Below are positions 14,976 through 27,500 of a stretch of 64,000 nucleotides of DNA, in pieces. Origin of the DNA: Epiperipatus broadwayi (lineage: Eukaryota > Animalia > Onychophora); NCBI GenBank assembly GCA_028023455.1, contig JAQFVV010000010.1, positions 3,906,001 through 3,970,000 of the forward strand, read 5' to 3'. The translations under genes were made by a program, and so were the position numbers. The number at the start of each line of letters is the position of its first letter. Position 1 is the first letter of the stretch. A model generated the notes under the pieces. It had not been told where the DNA came from. It did no database searches and saw nothing but the letters and a program-made list of their open reading frames with translations.

Positions 14976-15635
14976 AAAGTTTAACCATCGAGAGCCATGA
15001 GAATCTAAAGTGTGAAGAGACGGCTGAATCAAGCTCAAAATACGACCCAACATAATGCATACACACTCATATATGCCTCAATCTGCAACCTCATACACCT
15101 ATCAGTGATATCTATCATTTAAGCATTATCAATGTTGTTCATTTAGTTTATTTATTAATTATTAAACGGCTCTTTAATGAGCCTAAACGATTCTTATTTT
15201 ATTTTTACTTTTATTTATTTGTCAATTCTATCTGCATTTATACCTGATAGATTGTGATACGAATAAACTATTTATAGATTTCTTTTTTTTTTTTTTGTTA
15301 TTACTTTTATTTACATTGGTCTTGCTGTGCTTGACTGCACATAAATACTCGTTAAGTTTATCATTGATTTTACTCCGTGAATATCATTATTATTTTTTTG
15401 TCTATTATAGCTCATTAAGTCTATCATACACATGAAAAAAAAGTCTATCATTAATTTCCCTCCGTGAACACTACTCCTTTTTTTTTTTGTTTATCATAGT
15501 AACTTTGATTTTGTCGTGAGACGATTTGCCCCACCTGTCATACGTTTAAAAAAAAAAACAATTTTATTTTTCATGATCCCATTACGTTATCCGTTTCACT
15601 GAACCGACATTTCCGTCCGTTTATTTCCTTTCGGC

Positions 15636-16667
15636 TTAGTTTTTGTCTGGAGGCTTCTTATCCCTCCTTACCAGCCTTAGCGACCGAGCATTATATGTCC
15701 CCTTTTCCTCCATTCCTTGTGCTACTACGAAAGCATTATTCCCATACCTTCGTCTGATTACGTAAGGGCCGTCATAGATAGGTTGAAATTTTTTATATAT
15801 ATGTTTCTCGGGATGACTCACAGGCTGCACTCTTACCATGACCTCATCTCCTATCTTAAATACGATTTTTGCTGCTCCCTGTCTCCGACATCTTAAATTG
15901 CCCATCTTTTTTAACCGGCTGAGTGCTTGCTCTGGGTCCTTCCTTCTATTTATCGATCTTGTTCCCACTGGTAGTCTGGTCTCAAAGGGACACGGGATGT
16001 TTTTCCCATAATGCAAACGAACAGGTTCGAACCCTGTGGATTCGTTTTTTGACCAGTTTATCATATTTACGATTCGCGGGATTTCCTTTACCCATCTTCG
16101 ATGGTCATCCTGGATGTAGATGCGAAATAATCACCCCAATTCCCTCATAATTCATTCACATGGGTTAGAATGAGGGTTACGGATTGACGTCAGAATGTGT
16201 TTTATCCCATGTTTGTGAACCCAATTCTTCCATTTGTTTGATATGAACGGCGTTCCGTGATCCGATAGAATTTTCTCAGGAATTCCCACAGCTCTGAAGT
16301 GTTGTTGCTCTAAAGCCCTCATGGTTTGTTTTGCATTAGCCTGAGTTACCGGATACGCCGCCACTAGCTTCGAGAATATGTCATATGTGACAAGCAGATA
16401 TTTCATTTTATTAAATGGGGGTAATGGCCCTTAGAAGTCAATTGCTATTAAACTATTGGGTCGCTGGGCATAGATTGGTTGCAATGGACCTATCCCCGAT
16501 GTGTTAGGCGGCTTCGTTTTTCCGCACACAGCACATGTGCCAATGACGTTTATAATGTTAGCATACATTTGCGGCCAGTAGAACCAATGGCTGAGCCATC
16601 CTTCCACCTTCTTCGCCCCATAATGGCCATATGTATTATGTATGGGTTCAATCACTCGTTTTCTCAT
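15636..16667 (-). pseudogene. Gypsy integrase, split by frameshifts
   Basis: Zinc finger HNTYGH...CAVC (16431-16667), catalytic core DIFSK...ILSDHGTPF...PHSNPCE (16152-16406) and GPY/F module KKFQPIYDGPY (15636-16064). Confidence 0.9.
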
Positions 16668-16691
16668 GAAGTCCGGTAAGACAATACGCGT

Positions 16692-18407
16692 TTATTTATT
16701 TCTCCGAAACACACGCTGAAGGACTCCTCCTTTTAAGCAGAAGTGCTTTCTGTCCTTCCACAATGGATTCTCCTTTGTGTCAGTCGTAGGCTGATGTTGT
16801 AAATAGTTTATTATCTGCTTGCAATCGTTGTCTTTTCCTTGATGCTCTTTTAATTTCCGCAACTCATCTTCCATTGTTCCTTCTCCGTCCATTTCCGCTG
16901 TGGCTATATATACTCCACAGCTTAAATGTTGCCCTTCTGCCACCGGATATAGGCTTAGGGTATCTGCTACAATGTTCTCTTTCCCGCAGCAGTAGACTAC
17001 TTTATAGTTAAATTCCTGCAGGAACAAACTCCACCTTATTAGCCTGCTATTGGTCAAAAAACTGTGGTTAAGAAACTCGAGGCTCTTATGGTCGGTCATC
17101 ACCACTACTTCGGAACCTATCAGATATTGCCGAAATTTTTTAAATGCCCACACAACTGCCAGCGCTTCCTTCTCAGTCACGGTATAATTCACTTCCGGTC
17201 CTTTCAGTAAGCGACTAATGAAGCAAAGGATTACATGTTGCCCCTTTTCTAGTATTTGAAATGTGGCCCCCAGTCTGAACCCGGTACTATCCGTCTGTAC
17301 GAACAACGGTCTATTGAAATCAGGATATGACAGCATAACCTCCCCTAAGAAACCCTCCTTCACTCTTTGGAAACTTCGCTCATGCTGTTCACCCCACGTC
17401 CATGCTTTCTCCTTTCTTAATAAGTGTAGTAATGGTTCCATGTCTAGTGAAAAGCCCCTATAGAACCGATTGTAAAACGTACACAGCCCCAGGAACGATT
17501 TAACATGTTTTTTATTTCGAGGTGTTGGAAACTCCTGAATTGCTTGGATTTTTTCCGGGTTGGGTAGTATTCCCCTCTCGCTGATGATATGGCCTAGAAA
17601 TTTGACCTCAGTAGCCATCACGTGACTTTTATTCAAATTGATTCTGATACCTTTTCTTTTGCACTCGTCTAATAACCGTTCTAAATGCTCAAAATGTTCC
17701 TCTATACTTTCTGACGCAACAACAATATCGTCCACATATATCACAACAAAATTTTTAACCTCTTCCGACAACACTTGATCTAGACACTGCACTAGCCCCG
17801 CTCCACTATTTTTTAACCCAAATGGAATTCTATTAAAGTTATACGCTCGTCCATTATACCTAAACGCCGTATATTTTCGGTCTCTTGGATGCAACTTAGT
17901 TTGCCAATAACTGGACGTCAAGTCGAAAGTCGAAAATATTTTTTTATTTTTAAACCTTGTTAACAATTCATTCATAGGTGGCGGAGCGTTCGTATCAGGA
18001 ATGGTTATTCTGTTCAACTGTCTAGCGTCTAAACACAACCGAATTGATCCGTCCTTTTTCTTTACTGTTACGATGGGGTTATTATATGGGGACGAGCATT
18101 TAGATATGATTCCCCATGTCAGCATTTCATCTATTTGCTCTTCTACCTCACGTTTATATTGATAGGGTATGGGATACGCGTGAGCTCGATAAGGCTGATC
18201 TTCCATGAGCCTTATCCTGTGTTCATACCCCCAGATCTCTCCGGGAATCTCCGAGAATACCACCTCGTGGCAGTGTAATAATTTCTTCAACCTATATCTT
18301 TGCCTTTCACTTATGACTTTCGATTCATCTATCACTTTCAGCATTTCTATCTCCATCGAGGCATTTTGTATAGAATCCATTTTATCAGTCTGTTCCCTTA
18401 AATCCAT
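16692..18407 (-). CDS. Gypsy reverse transcriptase + RNase H
   Basis: IRLCLDARQLN, FDLTSSYWQ, IPFGLKNS, YVDD, FLGH, VQTDSTG, TVTEKEALAVVWA, TDHKSL. Confidence 0.95.
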   Translation of the reverse strand: MDLREQTDKMDSIQNASMEIEMLKVIDESKVISERQRYRLKKLLHCHEVVFSEIPGEIWGYEHRIRLMEDQPYRAHAYPIPYQYKREVEEQIDEMLTWGIISKCSSPYNNPIVTVKKKDGSIRLCLDARQLNRITIPDTNAPPPMNELLTRFKNKKIFSTFDLTSSYWQTKLHPRDRKYTAFRYNGRAYNFNRIPFGLKNSGAGLVQCLDQVLSEEVKNFVVIYVDDIVVASESIEEHFEHLERLLDECKRKGIRINLNKSHVMATEVKFLGHIISERGILPNPEKIQAIQEFPTPRNKKHVKSFLGLCTFYNRFYRGFSLDMEPLLHLLRKEKAWTWGEQHERSFQRVKEGFLGEVMLSYPDFNRPLFVQTDSTGFRLGATFQILEKGQHVILCFISRLLKGPEVNYTVTEKEALAVVWAFKKFRQYLIGSEVVVMTDHKSLEFLNHSFLTNSRLIRWSLFLQEFNYKVVYCCGKENIVADTLSLYPVAEGQHLSCGVYIATAEMDGEGTMEDELRKLKEHQGKDNDCKQIINYLQHQPTTDTKENPLWKDRKHFCLKGGVLQRVFRRNK

Positions 18408-18549
18408 TATAAATGGAATTGTTACATTACCCTCTCTGCCCGATTACGTTTAAAATCCAACACACTCATTTTTATGCATAAAGTCCGATCCTAGTATAAC
18501 CTCATGGATTAATTCTTCTAAAATCAACAATACATGATCACATTCCCTA

Positions 18550-19056
18550 TTAGCTATGCGTAATGTCACCCATACCTGTTTTGATGCCAATTTGACTCTT
18601 TCCATTAGCCATTACGATATGTGTCATTTTCAAAGGTAGGGTTTTAATCCCCGGGTTGACACAACTCACTTTATCAAACATCTGTGACATAACAGATATC
18701 TGACTCCCCGAGTCTAATAGTGCAGTAGTCCCAATTTCTCCTACTCTTACTTTTATCTTTGGGCAGATCTGCGGTGCCATCGTAGGCATATTCTCTTCCC
18801 TGTTATGTACCAAATTCGCTAACTGTATATGACCAGCTTCCACGTCTTTGTCTCCTCCCGTACTATTATCTAAAGTTATTAAAACCTCAGCCATCTGTTC
18901 TACCGTTTGCTTGTCAATCATTTGTTCTATCTCTGTGGGCAAGCCTCGTCTAAGTAGCCACATGATTTGCTGTTCTGTTAATGGGTGTATAGTGAGCGCT
19001 CTCGATTTCGCTACCTGTCTGCAAAAAAATGCGTGAAGTGATTCCCCGGCTGCCAT
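18550..19056 (-). CDS. Gypsy Gag C-terminus / aspartic protease piece
   Basis: ALLDSGSQISVM aspartic-protease active-site motif, immediately upstream of RT. Confidence 0.85.
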   Translation of the reverse strand: MAAGESLHAFFCRQVAKSRALTIHPLTEQQIMWLLRRGLPTEIEQMIDKQTVEQMAEVLITLDNSTGGDKDVEAGHIQLANLVHNREENMPTMAPQICPKIKVRVGEIGTTALLDSGSQISVMSQMFDKVSCVNPGIKTLPLKMTHIVMANGKSQIGIKTGMGDITHS

Positions 19057-19809
19057 TTAATTTGTGCTATTTGAAACTTAAAATTTTCCTGAAGCTCCTC
19101 CCCCCAGTAGCTTGCTAACATCGAGTGCTTATATTCCTCGAATGTCGCTGGTTTTACTTGTAGTGAGTACCACCAAAACCGGGCTTCATCCTGTATGTGA
19201 CTCCGTGCTATGGCAACCCTTGCCTCGTCACTCAATCTATTCAAGTTGCAATACCGCTCCACACTCTCCAAATGGTCATTCGGCATCTCTCCCTCCTGTC
19301 CTGAGAATGTTTTCACTCTTAACAACTGACTGGCTGCCTCTGTTTTACTTATATCTGCCCATGTTTGCATGTTGTCCTGTTCCTCCTTTCTTTCTTTCTT
19401 TATTTCTTTCCCTTGCTCCTCTCTAAGCTTGTCTACCTCTTGACACACTGTTTCTTGCCTACCCTTCACATACTTCATCTCATCATTTACTTGTTCCACC
19501 CTTTGACTAAACTTTTTATTTAGTCGTTCGTCCAACTCTTCTATCTTCCTACTATTTCTTTCATCTATTTTCCTCATTTCCATACACAACCTTTGCTGGC
19601 CTTCCATTAATTTCGTGAACATATCCCATATCCCTTATATTATAGCTTTCCATTTTATTTTTATCATCAATCACTGTCTCCATTCCCTTTCTAATTTCTA
19701 TACCTCCGTCACTAGCTATTTCTCCGGACGGTTCCATTATTTCTTCGGAGGGTTTTCCTATTTCGCCCAGTAGAGCGTCCATTTTTATTTTTGACCTGAT
19801 GTGCATCAA
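19011..19809 (-). CDS. Gypsy gag (two overlapping frames: coiled coil + capsid)
   Basis: Charged coiled-coil region followed by FSGQEGE..HL...ARFWW...TFEEYK...YW, typical of retrotransposon Gag capsid domains. It lies just downstream of the PBS. Confidence 0.8.
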
Positions 19810-20195
19810 ATTTATTTAACACACACACACTAATTAATCACTTATATTTTATTCTACAGCTTTACTATCTAACCTTATCCTTATAGGATTATATTACTTT
19901 ACTAACTTTATATTTCACGGATACTAGGTACGTTTGTTCGGCTCTCCCCGTCTCACTCACTAATCATCACTCACCCATGCCTGCCTTCAAGACCCCTCCG
20001 CAACTGTCTCCAATTTACAACCTAACTTCCCACGTTATATTACGTTCTCTTTTTCTCCTTTTACACTCTATTATTTATTTTATTTTTTGCTTTTATCTAC
20101 CATCAAGCTATTTTTGTTTTGTTTATTAATTATTGCATAAACTATTAATTTTGTTATACTCGAATTCAAATGGCTGAACTTGTAAACGTGAAAAT

Positions 20196-20215
20196 ATCCC
20201 GGACTCTGGCCCCCA
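20196..20215 (-). promoter_or_regulatory. Primer-binding site resembling tRNA-Pro
   Basis: Minus strand TGGGGGCCAGAGTCCGGGAT sits 2 nt after the LTR. The canonical Pro PBS is TGGGGGCTCGTCCGGGAT (7+9 nt match, with CAGA in place of TC). Confidence 0.75.
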
Positions 20216-20217
20216 AT

Positions 20218-21883
20218 TATAACGGAAATGGTTATTCATACGGTTGCTTAATTATTTTATTCAATTATATTTATTTCGATTATTTTATTCTATATTATAC
20301 TTATTTATTATATTTTAATTCTTTTCATAACTTATATTTTCTATCCATTTATTGTTTACAACTTAGATTCTTTATTATCTTATTCATTATTTTAACCAAC
20401 GCCGTTACAATACAAGCAGAGAGCTAATACAGATACAAATTTAACTTCATATCTATACCCTTGACTGAACCCCAAGGCAATACGTACATATTATCTTGGC
20501 GTTATTTTTCCCAGCCAAAACTCGGCTGCTGAACAGAGCAAACTATTTCAAAGAAACTTAGCGAATGTCCAGCGCTTGCTATTTATTTTTAGAATTGGGA
20601 TTCTGCACAAACAAGCAGCACATGAATATCTTAAACAAATCAGTATGCCCCTTTAATCACTACTTACAGTTTCCCCCCTGTCGTAGCTTGGTGATAGGAG
20701 AATAAAGCAAGGATACGAAATTTAATGACAATTATGTTTAATAATAATATTTACACTTTATATAAAAAATTACATTATAATAATAAAAACACACACTTAT
20801 AAATACATGGCTATAATAAATATATGCAAATAGATCAGATATAAAAGTTCTTAAAGTCCTGTTGATAGAGTTCTATTTTTCTCAAATCATTAATTTTATA
20901 TTTAATTATGAATAGTAGACGAATGAAAATGCATGCATGCTTTTACCTAGGCTTTGTTGTAATTGTCCCATGGGTATTTCTTCCGAGCGCTCTTGATTAA
21001 CTTCCTCAAATTGTGGGGTTATTTTCATCCAGTTTGCTGGTTGATTCTTTAGGTTGAGTTTCAATTGACAGCTACAGAAGCGGCGATCCCTCTAGCAGGT
21101 CAGGCAAAGATCTTACATTGCGAGTCAGTGATGAGATGGCTTGAATCCAAACCTATGTCCCTTTAACGCCACTAGCCACGCACTTCTTCCATTTTCTTTT
21201 AGCTGTTGCTTCTCTAAAGTCTCTACTAGCAATCCCAGACAAAAATTGTAATTTTATTAATATCTTTCTTTGTTCGTTGTTTTCAAATTTTTTTAATTAA
21301 GACTTAGATTTCCAACCAATTCTTATCATTATGTTTCTTTATTTAATTAGTTGCTGGAATGTAAGTCCCAATTAATTTAACAGATCAGGCCAAGATCTTC
21401 CGTTGATAACATTTCTTTGTCCGTGGAATTTAATTTGTCCAACAGACTTTCACACCTACGGCCATATTGTTTCTTTTTTATATATCACATATTACATTTA
21501 TTTTATTTAAAGTTTACAATTCATTCATTTTTTTTCACATTTACGTTTTACATTTACTTTAATTTGTTATAATATATTTTTTAAAAGAGAGAAGAAACGC
21601 ATTTTTTTTTATGCATCCACTTCCCCTCTCCCACAATAAACAAAATAACTTTCTAGCATTTGATTTACCAGAGAGAAAGAGACACATTTCTTTATTTATG
21701 CAGCCCCCCTCCCTTTCTCTTACTATTACAAAATCCACAGTAATTTTGACATTAGAATTTCAATTTTTCCTTTCCTTCCTTTTTCTTTAAAAAAATTTAT
21801 TAGCTAATTTATTTCACCTTTATTACTTTCTAATTTTATTAATAAATATAGATGTGTGTCAACGACTTTACATGGTCGTCACA
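20218..21883 (-). repeat. 5' LTR of the Gypsy element
   Basis: Direct repeat of 12755-14411, adjacent to the PBS. Confidence 0.93.
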
Positions 21884-23182
21884 ATTTTGAAGCGATATAT
21901 ATGTGCTTCACATATACCATTTAAAAATTTATTAGTAACTTGTAAACGAAAGCTACATTTTTGCTAAACTAAAAATATATATACTGTTATAAGTATGTGC
22001 ATAGATAAAATATATTAGGCCTTATTAATTCTAAATTAATTTTAAGTAATTTAAACAAAGTTTATAAAATATTTTATTAATTATGAATTATAAAATTATA
22101 TTATAATTAGGTGAGTGGAAATAAAATTATTTTTATAAATTAATTAATTTATTGATAAGCAGACCCAGCTAATTATGAGATTCATATTGTATGTTGTCTA
22201 GTTAAAATATTAATTTTATTATTTTGCCAAGCTAATTTTTGTAGTCTGTAATTGGTCAGTAAGCCATGGACCACAGCAAAGTTTAGGACTAATCTACAAT
22301 CAATGGATGAATATATGAAATCAAACTATGAAAACTGATTTTATAAATAAGGCAGCTTGGTGAACTTTAAAAAAGGATCTCTCAAAATATCTATTATTAT
22401 GCTTTTGTTCTTTGTTTGGTTCTTTCACTTATTCTGTCTTGATCATCAGAGTCGTTTTAAAATATTGCGATCGCTGTTGTATCATGGAAGCACATCATCC
22501 ATTCCACTTTGGTCAAGTTGACTGAGTGCAAGCTTAAGTCCATCGTGAAGTGCTGAGAAGAAGCCATAAAATAATGTAAAACCATCTCATTGATCATTGT
22601 GTCCAGATTATATGTGAATTGTATGCTTCCTAAGTTTAAAGTGTCCTATAACTTTGAGGAATAGACCATCTATCATTCAGCAAGAAAAGACTCATGTGCT
22701 GCCACTGAATCAAATAGAAGTACCAATATCAATGGAAGCTTCATAGAAGATTGTCAGATATAGCTATGTTACCTTTTGTTTAGGGACTGTCTTCTGGGAT
22801 CTTGGCTGATTTTGGCTGTAGGATTTATCCCGGGAAATTTTCTTAATCCCGAGATTTCCCAGTTTGAATTACTAACTTCCATAATCAATACTTACAGTCT
22901 TACACACACATTATATAAATATATGCAACCATCATGCACTGGCAAAATAAAGTTTCTTCATAATTTGAGATCGTCAGCAATAAAGATGTGTATTATTTTA
23001 ATTTAGAAAAATATTTATTTTCATACATTTCAGATTGTTTATTCTTAGCGTGTTGAAACCGCTTGAGGGTGTAATTTTTATGCAAATGCACAGAAATATG
23101 CCGTTTAAGTGGCCGTGCCGCTATATAACGTTTTTTTTCAATGTTTAAGCATAGAAAGTCTGTTTACTGGTCTGCGGCACCC

Positions 23183-23500
23183 ATTTCTATGCTACAGCAC
23201 AGAAATAGGACGTTTATTCTGCTGCAGCAGACACCGCTGCTTACGGTGAACTTTGAGTTACGCAGTTTATACGAACAATCACATTTTAAATTTCGCTATA
23301 GTATCTATTTCTATGCTACAGCACAAAAATAGGACGTATTATTCTGCCACTGTTTATACGAACAATTCTATTATTAACATTTCGCTACAGTATTTACAGC
23401 ACAGAAGTAGGATGTTTATTCTGCCACCATGGCTGCTGCCGCTTATGGAGAACTTTGTGTTACGCAGTTTATATGAACAATCCCATTTTAAATTTCACTA
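23183..23500. repeat. Three degenerate ~90-125-bp tandem units
   Basis: tacagcacagaaataggacgtttattctg and gtttatacgaacaat...atttcgcta each recur three times (units start near 23183, 23307 and 23395). Confidence 0.75.
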
Positions 23501-24374
23501 CGGTCGTTTATGAGGGTGACTGTAATTGAGTCTGTCAAAAGTCTTCAAATTTGCATGCCCAAGTTATTATTTTCCATATCCAATGATGTAGTATGAAGTA
23601 ATAAAAATTGTGGAAACTTTGCTCCGCTTCTCTAGTCAAGGATGACACTCTAATCGTCAAAGAGGAGTGTAAGCGTGATTTTTATGAAATCATGCTAAAA
23701 TTCACATTTGCATGAGAAAAATTGCAAGAACAATAAAAAATACCGGTTTTATTTTTGGCCACGATGTTGTTTTGAATAAATTCTTTTTTTTTTATTCTTG
23801 TTAAAATTACAAAATGATATTTGCGTGACCATGATGTTGTTTTGGGGAAATTATTTCTCTTTATTCTTGTTAAAATTTGATTTGTGCAGCCACGATATTG
23901 TTTTTATTTGTTTTTATTTTTGCTAAAATACAAATTTCATTTTAGGTAAAAAATATTTAAAAAAAAAAAAGGTTTATCCAATTTATTTTTTATTTCTTTT
24001 AGATAAATTTCATTATTCATGATTTTATTGTAAATCAAAAAAGCACTTTAAAGTTGGGAAAAAAACAACAACGGCCTGGTAACATTATAATTCTGTTTGC
24101 TTACATAGAAATAACGCCCTCATGCAGTTTCAACACGCTAAGAGTACACAACTACATTTCATTTGCAATATATATATATATAATAGAAAATGAAAGTCAA
24201 GAAGTCCTTTCTTATATATCTCTGTAATGTTATCATTTATTGACTCTAGACTCTTCTTGACTGAGTAGATTCGAGCTCTCATGTTCACAATTATACATGT
24301 CATTTTTTTTTTGACAGATACTTTTGCAGTTAAACCGCTTTTCATATATTTAATTTTTTAAATTTTTTGTGATG

Positions 24375-24560
24375 ATGAAGAAATCAAAAACATCTGCCTG
24401 GCAAGACTTCATTAAATGTAGTAATAATGAAGAAGCAAAGTGTAATCATTTTGCTGCAATACCCAAATGTAGAGGTTTTTCTGCAAGTGCCTTGCTTCGG
24501 CATTTAAAAATTAAACATTCTTTCAGGAAGCTTACATCGACAAATGGTTGTAACCTCAAA
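24375..24560 (+). mobile_element. Decayed BED zinc finger, probably a hAT transposase N-terminus remnant
   Basis: SAWQDF...AKCNHF...KCRGFSASALLRHLKIKH fits the BED pattern W..F...C..C...TS.L.RHL...H with one Cys lost. No catalytic domain or TIRs were seen. Confidence 0.65.
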
Positions 24561-27500
24561 CGTTCTGCATGGGATGAATCTGTAGAAATCTCTTTGAAAT
24601 ATTTAAAAAGTGTTCATTCTCAGCAATAAAAGCATAAATTGCCTGTTTCTTACGTTCATATTACTTGTCAATTGCCAAATCAGTCTCAAACTAAACTAAA
24701 GTGAAAAAATTTTTTTTTAAACAATGTAGCCATTAGTCTGTCATGGTTTAAAAAAAATTAATTTTCTGAAAAGTAAGTTTTGAATTCGTTTCAATTTTTA
24801 ATTTATATTGTACCGAGGTACATTGGGACCGAATGTGTAATATTCTTTGAAAGTAATAATATTTAATAAATTTTGTTTAAAAAAAAAAATAAAGTGGGGA
24901 AATTAAGTTAAAATAAAAGTTAAAAGTTGAAGGAAAAGAAAATTAAAAAAAACTAAGGAGTAGGGTAGGGGGATTTATTGTTAAAGAAAAATAAATAATA
25001 AACGATTTTAAAAGGAGGGTAAGATTTTTTTTCCTTTATTTTTTTTTAAAAAAAAGAGTGTGAAATAAAAATGATTCCATATTACTTTTGATTAGTTCAT
25101 AATAAAACTAATAAAGAAAAAATTCGCTTTGTTTTATAATAAAAGAATTAAATGTGTGAGTGTGTAAAAATTTTGAATAAAAAATAAAATAGAAGCCCAA
25201 TCAGAGGGAAGTAAAAGTACAATGATTTCATGAGATAATAAATGCTGGATATAAACAAACTTGGTTATTGTTAAGACGGTTTTAAAATTTCAACATTCCA
25301 TTATTATTATATTTTTAAAATATTTCAAAATATTTTATAAAATCAAACGATCAAAAGAAAACTATATAAATTGCTATTCAGACAATATGATGCATTGTTA
25401 AATTCATCGTATCGTGTAGCTGACTGGAGCTTTCTCTGTAATACCATCAGCAGATAGTTCAGAGGGAAACCATGTTCGGATAAGGTAAACAGAGTACCGG
25501 AGTGTCTATGCTAAGAGCCACGAATGCCATATAACATCACGAATTCAGGGAAGATTTGTGTAGAGGTTAGAGATAACATTCTATGGAAATTACTTTTGCT
25601 GGACGTATTTCAAATCAGATTTCAAATCCTAGGTAATGTTTAATTTTCATATTCTCTAATTCTTGCTTTTTTTAAAACTGTGATAAATAAATAAATTAAA
25701 ACTTTCAACCTTTACCGATTAGTATTTGGAAGATATAAATGATATCGGCTTCTGCGTTCAACTTTATTCAGAGACATTAATTGTATGTATGTATGAATTT
25801 TAATTTAATATGTTATGTACACTTTTAGTTATTTATAATGTATTAAAACATTTATTTAAATGAAAAGAGTGTGCGTGGTTGAATTATAAAACAAAACGAT
25901 TGTTTTAAAAAGACAAAAAAAGGATTTAAACTGTCATTGAAATATTTATATTGATATATGAATACATATATTTATGCTGAAGTAATATGTTTAGTAAAAT
26001 GGGAATGGAAAGAATGAATTATTATTGAGAAATGATTAAGTTACAACGAAAAGAATAGGGAGAATTTTTTTTTAAAAATGATTTGTTATTTAAAGATGTC
26101 AAAGTTTATCGGATGGTAAATCGTCATTATTAAAAATAGAATTTTTAGATTGTGCGGAGTTTTTTTAAAAGGCAGCTATAATTCGGTGAGCTAGCTGTTA
26201 TCTCAGGTACTAGATTCGTTGCTGGTCGGGTAAACATTGTTAATTACTATGTGATTAACTGGCACTTAAAGGGTTTACCTTAAAATAAATTAAGTGTTTA
26301 TTTGGTCAGTATTTGTCTAGTAGCTGAGTGATTATATTATTGGTAGCTTGCTGCCAATGATATTGTTCACTCTACCTGAGAACCAAGCACCTTCAGAGAT
26401 TGGATGGTTTTAGTAAGGAAGGAAGAATAATATATTTCTATTTGTTACTATTATATAAAATAAATGGGCAGTTCAATATATATATATGTAAATGAATAAA
26501 ATGCTGTAAAATTTTCAGTTTTAATTTCACCCACAATAATCCCAGGAATACCAAAGTCCAGAAAAAAAACAGTTCCTACTACTGTTTCCCAAAAAATCTA
26601 CAGGTACCTGAATTCATAACTTGAACTATTAAAGATGAAAAGGGAAATTTGTATGAACTTTAATTGTACGCTATTATGACTTAATTTCATTAAGATTAGA
26701 TATTTAATCTCCTATGTATTTATATTTAATTTATATTGAAATTTTGTAGAGATTATTATGATTTTTTGACATAAATATATATATTTAGAGATCAGAATGG
26801 CAATGGATTGCGTAATTTATTTAGACATGCTACATTCAGACATCATAACATAAAAAGAAAATATTTATAATAAAACAATTCGTTAATCATTGCAAACTTT
26901 TGCCATTCACTAAAAAGCTTATTTAATATTATTTTAATTAATTATTTTAAAATGAGTTAATAGATTATTTCCACTAGCTTGAAATATAGTAAGGGTGATG
27001 TAAATAATATTGATTAATGGTCTGGATAGAATAAAAAGCTGCATAGACAGATTGAATGTATTGAGAAAGATTATTTTAATCGTTACAAAAAAAACATAGT
27101 TGTAATTAAAAAGCCCTAGGTTTAGGATAGGCAGGCATAAGGAGGAGGATATTTATGGATCATATAAGCCAATTATTAAACTTTCTTTAAGCAATGTCTT
27201 GAATTTCATGTGATATTATTTCAGTTTGCTTTATTTATATATATTTTTGATGGTTCAAAAACGAGTGTAAAACAAATGATTTTTCTGCCAATTGCAGTCA
27301 GTGACTTAGTTTGAGCAGTATTATTTGGTATATGCACATTTCTACCATATATCGTATGTTTTATGTATCCTTTGATTGTTTGCCAACAAATGTAAAGCGG
27401 ATGTTTTTTTGCCACTTTAACTTGGATTATTATTATTATTGTTATTTATCAGGTAGATACCCATTCCTACCATTTAGTTCTTAAGTCTTGGTCATTAATG

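Larger units (their letters stand above)
12755..21883 (-). mobile_element. Full-length Ty3/Gypsy LTR retrotransposon (~9.1 kb; gag-PR-RT-RNaseH-IN, no env seen)
   Basis: Two ~1.66-kb direct repeats flank minus-strand gag, protease, RT/RH and integrase pieces in Gypsy order. PBS and PPT are in the expected positions. Flanks ATAT/ATTT form an imperfect 4-bp TSD. Confidence 0.95.

Noticed and set aside
21455-21466. cctacggccata, resembling the 5' end of 5S rRNA
   Set aside because: Only 12 nt match, inside an LTR. The other LTR has a different base and no further 5S sequence follows.
25390-25640. Candidate non-coding first exon/promoter of RBM25 (CpG-containing, donors aag|gtaaac ~25484 and tag|gtaatg ~25632)
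   Set aside because: Plausible, but several donors fit equally well and nothing fixes a TSS without transcript data.
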